DNA of 64,000 bases, from assembly GCA_963777955.1 (NCBI GenBank), contig CAVZSQ010000022.1, positions 448,001 through 512,000 of the forward strand, given 5' to 3'. The position numbers were made by a program, and so were the translations under genes. This document shows positions 56,960 to 64,000 of the stretch, in pieces. Origin of the DNA: Calditrichia bacterium (GTDB lineage Bacteria > Calditrichota > Calditrichia > JAJRVZ01). Each line of letters opens with the position of its first letter. Position 1 is the first letter of the stretch. The notes under the pieces were generated by a model, which was given only the letters and a program-made list of their open reading frames with translations, made no database searches and was not told the origin of the DNA.

Positions 56960-57406
56960 TCACCTCGCTGTCATCTTAATAGATTGTTGAATAGTTTTCT
57001 CAAGGTCATCTGGAACATCAGTGCCAATTCTATACTTTTTGCCTGTCTTCATTTTAATTTCGACGGCATGAAAACCAGAAACATTATAGAGCCAGCCGTG
57101 GGGGGTCAGACGAATTCCCCAGCCATAGTACCAGTGATTTTTCACAATTTGACATGATTCAATATCTTTCAACATGAATTTCTTTTGAATGATTCCCGGC
57201 CCAAATCGAACTTTGAGAACCTCTTGCTCAATAACAACAGTGAGTGTAGCGAATAGCACCAGACAGAATCCAACGATAATCATAACTGTCAAAGCAACCC
57301 AATTGAAACCATAAAGAGCCATGAGAGACGCAATGAAAACCAGCGCAATGGCTAGTGCAATCATAATCAGGTAACCAATTTGTAGATGTTGATACTGTTT
57401 AATCAT
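56960..57406 (-). CDS. Hypothetical membrane protein (bacterial PH-like domain)
   Basis: Two TM segments, WYYGWGIR, IGTD; AGGAGG RBS. Confidence 0.75.
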   Translation of the reverse strand: MIKQYQHLQIGYLIMIALAIALVFIASLMALYGFNWVALTVMIIVGFCLVLFATLTVVIEQEVLKVRFGPGIIQKKFMLKDIESCQIVKNHWYYGWGIRLTPHGWLYNVSGFHAVEIKMKTGKKYRIGTDVPDDLEKTIQQSIKMTAR

Positions 57407-57472
57407 ATATTTTCCTCCTACAGGTGATGGTATCTGACGTGTGCTATTGTCGTTAAACGTTCGTTTGCGGCA

Positions 57473-58024
57473 TCATAGAAGTTTCACGATATAATTGAGT
57501 TCAGCATATCTAACAAACGCATAACTACGAATTGTGTTTGCCCAATAAATTTCTTTGCCAATGGGAACCGAGATAGATGCGAAGGAATAGAGGACTACGG
57601 TGCGGGGAGGAGCGAAGCCCAAAGATTCTACATATTGTTGCCCGGTTATAGTATCGGGATTAGATTCTCCGTAGTTATAGTCAACGAAGATGTATTTTTG
57701 ATTCGTATCAGCGGGACTAACGGTGCCTAGCTGCCCCACTTTCAAAAATCTTTGATCGGAAGAAAGCAAGGAGACGTAATATGATATAGAATCTGAGGAA
57801 ACCTGGATCCAGAAAGTAACCCGGGCTGAATCATACTGGAGAATCTGTAATCCAAGGTTGTCTATGAAAGATCTAAAATAACGATTGGTTATCTCCAATG
57901 TCGTACTCACCAAGACTTCACCAGGAACGAATTCAGGCTCGGGTTCCGTCTCGGTTCCTTTCTGCTTACATCCCGAGCCAACGAGAAGCAGAACAAGAAG
58001 ACAGGAGAACGCTAATTGTCTCAT
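57473..58024 (-). CDS. Hypothetical lipoprotein
   Basis: MRQLAFSCLLVLLLVGSGC; AAGGAG upstream; FVPGEVLV and YAELNY. Confidence 0.65.
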   Translation of the reverse strand: MRQLAFSCLLVLLLVGSGCKQKGTETEPEPEFVPGEVLVSTTLEITNRYFRSFIDNLGLQILQYDSARVTFWIQVSSDSISYYVSLLSSDQRFLKVGQLGTVSPADTNQKYIFVDYNYGESNPDTITGQQYVESLGFAPPRTVVLYSFASISVPIGKEIYWANTIRSYAFVRYAELNYIVKLL

Positions 58025-58060
58025 TTCATCAACAACTCCTTTCTTAAGCATGCTGCAAAT

Positions 58061-58607
58061 GGCATATGACGAGTACAGATCCACGCATACCGGCCGAGTG
58101 TTCCACTCTGTCGTGGAAGCAAATACCCTCTCCACATAAGTTCTTCTCCAACAATGTTGAAAAAGAAGAAAGGTAGCCACGCTAAGAACAGCCAGTACTC
58201 GCTTGGCTGAAGCTTCTCCATTCGTAGGAACGAAGCGTACGAATCTTGAGAGAGTAAGTTCAGGGAGACCACTTGTCGAATACTGTTACTATAATTCCCG
58301 TGAGCACGACCACGCCGAGTAATCCTCCCAATGCCCAAAGCGTGTCGGTCTTAGTCATCGTCCGAATATTGAGGGCGAGTAGAACATCACGGAGAGATTT
58401 CGCTTGAGTTCTGTGGCGAGCTGCAAGAATAGCCCCGACGAAAAGTGCAAAAACTATGATGCCGCTGGCCAACCACCAACCGATGAGTGGCGCAACACCA
58501 TAAGTTTGGTGAAGTGATGGAATACCATATTGTACCACGATGAAAAGCGCAATCGCACCTCCCAAGAAATACCAGAGTGATTCAATAATAACGGATGTTC
58601 GATTCAT
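58061..58607 (-). pseudogene. Truncated, frameshifted CPBP (CAAX/Abi) intramembrane protease
   Basis: GEELMWRGYLLPRQ motif split over two frames; the downstream His motifs are missing. Confidence 0.65.
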
Positions 58608-58646
58608 CGTGTGTCCTTCTTGTATCAATCTCAGGTGGCTGCCCAT

Positions 58647-58778
58647 GACGCATAACGTCCGCGTGTATGAGCCGTTGTGTCGTCAAAGCGCTTTGTTTCT
58701 AGTTACCACAAGGTTACCAAGAGTGACAACCTGTGCAAACCCTCTGCCAGCAATGGCTTATACACGCTGTTATAGCCC
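58647..58778 (-). repeat. Complete long attC-like palindrome (~130 bp)
   Basis: Minus strand GGGCTATAACAGCGTGTATAAGCCATTG...CAACGGCTCATACACGCGGACGTTATGC starts 1 bp after a stop codon. Confidence 0.8.
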
Positions 58779-58779
58779 G

Positions 58780-59916
58780 TTAGTTTTTGTTTTTCAATCT
58801 TTTGTCATGTTTTAAAAACCAATCATATAGTTCCTGATTCGGATAAACTAACCAATTAATCCAGTGTCCAACCTCAGGTTCAATTGTGAATATTAAGTCC
58901 TTGTTTTTCCCTTCCAGTTTTTTTATTATCCTTTCTGTTTCTTCAAAAGGAACGACATTGTCTATTTTTCCATGAAAAGCCCAAATCGGAATATTTGTTA
59001 GTTTATCAATATTATTGTCTATAAAATCCATGTGACTTGTAAATCCGCTCATTGGGGCAATAGCAGCAAATATATCCGGATATTTGGCCGCAAGATACCA
59101 TGTACCGGAACCGCCTAAACTCATGCCCGTGAGATAAACTCTATTTGTGTCAATTCTGTATTTTGCTTTTATCTCAGTATAAAAATTTTCAAACCAATTA
59201 TCAGTTGACCACCTGATATGTTCAGGACATTGCGGAGAAATAACTATAAACGAGAATTCCCTGCCTCTGTATATTTGATCTGGAATTCCCTGGCTATATA
59301 GTTTTTTTAAATCGTTTCCCCTGTCAGAGCCTCCATGTAAATAAATTATGAGCGGCCAAGTTTTTAAGGTGTCTGTATTATAATCCTTTGGGGTATATGA
59401 TAAATATTGATAATCTACGTTTTTAGGATTTTGATTTAGTCCATGAATAAATGTTAAATCAAATTGCAAAGTTCCATCTGCTGACCAATATTCTACATTA
59501 CCTTGTAATTGTCCATCTACCCAGTTTCCTTCTGCTTCTTTTTGTCCATTGTCATACCAACTAGTGCATAAGCCGCTACGTAGTCCATTTTTATAATTCC
59601 CAGAATATTCAACCTGCCCATTTTTATGCCATTCCATATATTGACCTGTTTTTGTATTGGAATGATAATTACATTGATATTCTTCTTTTATATGTTTGTC
59701 GAAAGAACTGTAGTAAGCATCCATTTGAATTTGTCCATTTTCAAAATAATCCTTAACATGAAATAAGTTATTGCTTTTATCAAATTGGATTATACGCTGA
59801 TAAATAATTGTATCACCTTTTGATACAGCATAATGTAAAAAGAAAGTATCAATCTCCTGGGCTTTTAGAAGTCCAAAGCTAAAAATCAGTAATATGATAA
59901 TTGCGATACGTTTCAT
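58780..59916 (-). CDS. Secreted MORN-like repeat plus phospholipase/carboxylesterase-family hydrolase
   Basis: W(H/Y)xNGQ repeats, PLIIYLHG, TGMSLGG, WAFHGKIDNVVP, GH; AT-rich. Confidence 0.85.
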   Translation of the reverse strand: MKRIAIIILLIFSFGLLKAQEIDTFFLHYAVSKGDTIIYQRIIQFDKSNNLFHVKDYFENGQIQMDAYYSSFDKHIKEEYQCNYHSNTKTGQYMEWHKNGQVEYSGNYKNGLRSGLCTSWYDNGQKEAEGNWVDGQLQGNVEYWSADGTLQFDLTFIHGLNQNPKNVDYQYLSYTPKDYNTDTLKTWPLIIYLHGGSDRGNDLKKLYSQGIPDQIYRGREFSFIVISPQCPEHIRWSTDNWFENFYTEIKAKYRIDTNRVYLTGMSLGGSGTWYLAAKYPDIFAAIAPMSGFTSHMDFIDNNIDKLTNIPIWAFHGKIDNVVPFEETERIIKKLEGKNKDLIFTIEPEVGHWINWLVYPNQELYDWFLKHDKRLKNKN

Positions 59917-59922
59917 TTTAAT

Positions 59923-60021
59923 GGGCTATAACGTCAGCGTGTATGAGCCGTTGCGTGGCCAATGCACTTTGTTATCAAGTTACCACAATGTAACCAAAAG
60001 TGTTGAGTGTTTGCCAGCATT
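59923..60021 (-). repeat. Second, 5'-truncated copy of the long attC-like element
   Basis: GCGTGTATGAGCCGTTG identical to 58661-58677; shared GTTACCACAA core; ends GTTATAGCCC on the minus strand. Confidence 0.75.
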
Positions 60022-60209
60022 GCGTACAACTCCCTCGAAAACGCATAAATGTGCGTTTTCGCTATTGATGTAATTTGTCAAATGAATATTATAGCGTTTT
60101 TGCATCAGGTAGACGTAACATAAATGTTGCGGCTACCGTGTAGTTGCTTTGTCCTAATCGATGCGCGGCCTCAAGGCCGCGGCTACTCTGTTCTTTCATC
60201 GTGCTTATG

Positions 60210-60538
60210 TTCCTTTGTCCTTATTTTTCACTCGTACTTGATCTGATATAATCCAGGAACTCGAAGACAAAAAGTAAATTCATTCAGATCTCTAATAAAT
60301 GCCTGGTAAAGGAATAACGCAAAATACGAGCCTTTACTTTTTTCCTCATACCTGCCATCTAAACTGTAGGTTGAAAAACTATCTTTACAATTCTTTCAGA
60401 AATATGAAAACGTCCTGGACCACCGGAAAAAAGATATTCTAAAGGTTTATATAATTTATATGACTCTTTTAATCTATGCAAAATTAATTTGGATAATAAC
60501 GTATAAAGACCCTTGCCAATCCTTTTGATTCTGAAGTT
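60210..60538 (-). pseudogene. Decayed tyrosine recombinase, C-terminal catalytic domain
   Basis: My translation of one minus frame: FRIKRIGKGLYTLLSKLILHRLKESYKLYKPLEYLFSGGPGRFHISERIVKIVFQPTV*MAGMRKKVKARILRYSFTRHLLEI*MNLLFVFEFLDYIRSSTSEK*; collinear with the HxLRHSFATHLLE.G.D...IQELLGH....TT..Y box. Confidence 0.8.
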
Positions 60539-61030
60539 GGCGAATTTATGTTTGAGTCCGGCGGTAGCCGGGCGAGTTTAAATTCGCTTTGATTTTTTGC
60601 CTACTTTTGCATCAAGGCAATAGTAGGTCGAAGAACTGCCATCAGGCAGGCCACCGGAGGCGGAATTAAAGAAGATTTACAAAATGGTCTCATACTAATG
60701 TCCAGGAGATACTTTCATCTGAAAGAAAACAAAAATTATACACAATTTTTTTATAATTATGAGAACATTTTAATCATGCTGCCGAACTATTTATTAAACC
60801 TGAATGATTCATGAAAAATGTAAAGCAAAATAGTATTTTGTTTTACAAAACATAAATAATGGAAGGCCTACTTTACGTAACTTGAGACCTTTTATACCAT
60901 AAAAATTACCGCATCGAAGATAGCTTTGTAGTTTTAAGGGATCAAGTTAAAAGACAGTACCAACCCATCCTCCCGGCAAGAATTTATAGGAAGAATCTAA
61001 AATATTTTTAAAAAAATGAGCTGTTTGGAG

Positions 61031-61059
61031 TTGCTTTAGGAAATTCTATTCTTTATATT
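61031..61059 (+). promoter_or_regulatory. Sigma-70 promoter of the second rRNA unit
   Basis: TTGCTT-N17-TATATT; boxA-like TGTTCTTTGAC at 61080. Confidence 0.65.
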
Positions 61060-61137
61060 ATTCGACGCATAAAGCGAAATGTTCTTTGACAGCAGGGGCC
61101 CTTGAGCGAGGTCGATTACTATAAGTATTGAGATAAT

Positions 61138-62708
<1,571 letters not shown>

Positions 62709-62842
62709 ACTACATTCATACCTTGTTCAGTACCCCTGCTGTTTTATATTTATCTATTGACAATAAAATGTAAAGGTAAATAACATAATTGTTCTTTGAC
62801 ATAGGGTGAGATGTGAGAAAGTTGTTGGATTGTAGAAGTGTT

Positions 62843-64000
62843 GGTTAAGTAATTAAGGGCATATAGTGGATGCCTAGGTACAGGTGACGAAGAAGGACGT
62901 GATAAGCTGCGAAAAGCCACGGGGAGGTGCAAATAACCTTAGATCCGTGGGTATCCGAATGGGGCAACCCGGCCCTGGTAATGCGGGGTCACCTGCCATC
63001 AGGCAGGGGGCTAACCGAGGGAAGTGAAACATCTAAGTACCTTGAGGAAGAAGAAAGCGAAGCGATTCTCTCAGTAGCGGCGAGCGAAGAGGGAGGAGCC
63101 TAAACCTGGCAGCATGTAGAAGCCTGCAAGCGTTGTGCGCCGGGGGTAGCGGGATGTATCTGAGTCTGATTGCAGTTGGGCTGTGGAGTAAGAAATTCAT
63201 GATTTAGTCGAAAGTACTGGAAAGTACTTCCGGAGAGGGTGACAGGCCCGTAGGCAAAAGATCATGGACTCCATTGGATATTCACCCAAGTACTGCGGGA
63301 CACGAGAAATCCTGTAGGAATCTGCCCCGACCACGGGGTAAGGCTAAATACAAACCTGTAACCGATAGTGAAGCAGTACCGTGAGGGAAAGGTGAAAAGC
63401 ACCCCGGGAGGGGAGTGAAATAGCACCTGAAACTATATGCTTACGATCAGTTGGAGTCTTTATTTTGACGCAAGTTGGAATAAGGATGACAGCGTGCCTT
63501 TTGTATAATGAGCCAGCGAGTTACACGTAGGTAGCCAGGCTAAGCCTTTAAGGGGCGTACCCGTAGCGAAAGCGAGTCTGAATAGGGCGAATGAGTTACC
63601 TGCGGTAGACGTGAAGCCAAGTGATCTACCCATGTCCAGGATGAAGTTTCGGTAAAACGGGATGGAGGTCCGAACCGTAGTGTGTTGAAAAGCGCTCGGA
63701 TGAGATGTGGGTAGGGGTGAAAGGCCAATCAAACTTGGAGATAGCTCGTTCTCCCCGAAATAGCTTTAGGGCTAGCCTCGATTAATAAGTGTCACGGAGG
63801 TAGAGCACTAATAGGGTTAGGGGGCCCACCGGCCTACCGCCCCCTGTTAAACTCCGAATGCCGTAGACATGATGATCGGGAGTCAGCGTGCGGGGGATAA
63901 GCTTCGTGCGCGAGAGGAGAAGAACCCAGACCGTCGGCTAAGGTCCCAAAGTTACGATTTAGTGAGAAAGGATGTTAAGCGGCTTAGACAACCAGGATGT
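62843..64000 (+). rRNA. rrl: 23S rRNA, 5' part (runs out of the window)
   Basis: GGTTAAGTAATTAAGGGC...GGATGCC, AGTAGCGGCGAGCGAA, AGTACCGTGAGGGAAAGG, TTCTCCCCGAAATAGCTTTAGG. Confidence 0.99.

Noticed and set aside
60076..60093. Cassette promoter (Pc) from minus-strand TATAAT and TTGACA
   Set aside because: The hexamers are in the wrong order and neither has a correctly spaced partner
41790..61030. tRNA-Ala-targeted genomic island with attL/attR
   Set aside because: I found no duplicate of the tRNA 3' end at the far side and no intact integrase next to the tRNA

Overview
Bacterial chromosomal window, probably from the FCB superphylum (Calditrichota/KSB1-like; inferred from FlgD-Ig 'QNFPNPFN' C-terminal domains, a short region-1.1-less RpoD and a CxxxY CcmE, not from a database search). 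Positions 1-39.8 kb are mostly core genes on the + strand: pyrE, a cyclophilin, an S8 protease, rpoD-like sigma, fur-feoB-Cys-rich-dtxR, kdsB-pyrG, an ECF sigma/anti-sigma pair, CHAD-ParA, purD, cdsA, radC, ccmABCDE and a PD40-Omp85 protein. There are two nearly identical 16S genes. The first (39.96-41.52 kb) is followed by tRNA-Ile and tRNA-Ala but no 23S; the second (61.1-62.7 kb) is followed by a short tRNA-free spacer and the 23S gene. The ~19 kb between them is accessory: glycoside hydrolases, an AraC module and a gene-cassette-like array. The best candidate for an undescribed system is at 52.6-60.6 kb. It is a run of short, co-oriented, compositionally heterogeneous genes separated by attC-like imperfect palindromes, with complementary cassette ends and an inverted toxin-antitoxin module. 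At its head is a heavily decayed tyrosine recombinase, missed by the ORF track, that lacks the IntI-specific insertion. This looks like a non-canonical, relic integron-like platform. A four-helix-bundle gene flanked by inverted 8-mer tandem arrays and several REP-like hairpin families are also notable. Many genes carry single-base frameshifts, which suggests an unpolished long-read consensus, so pseudogene calls and 16S differences need read-level confirmation.
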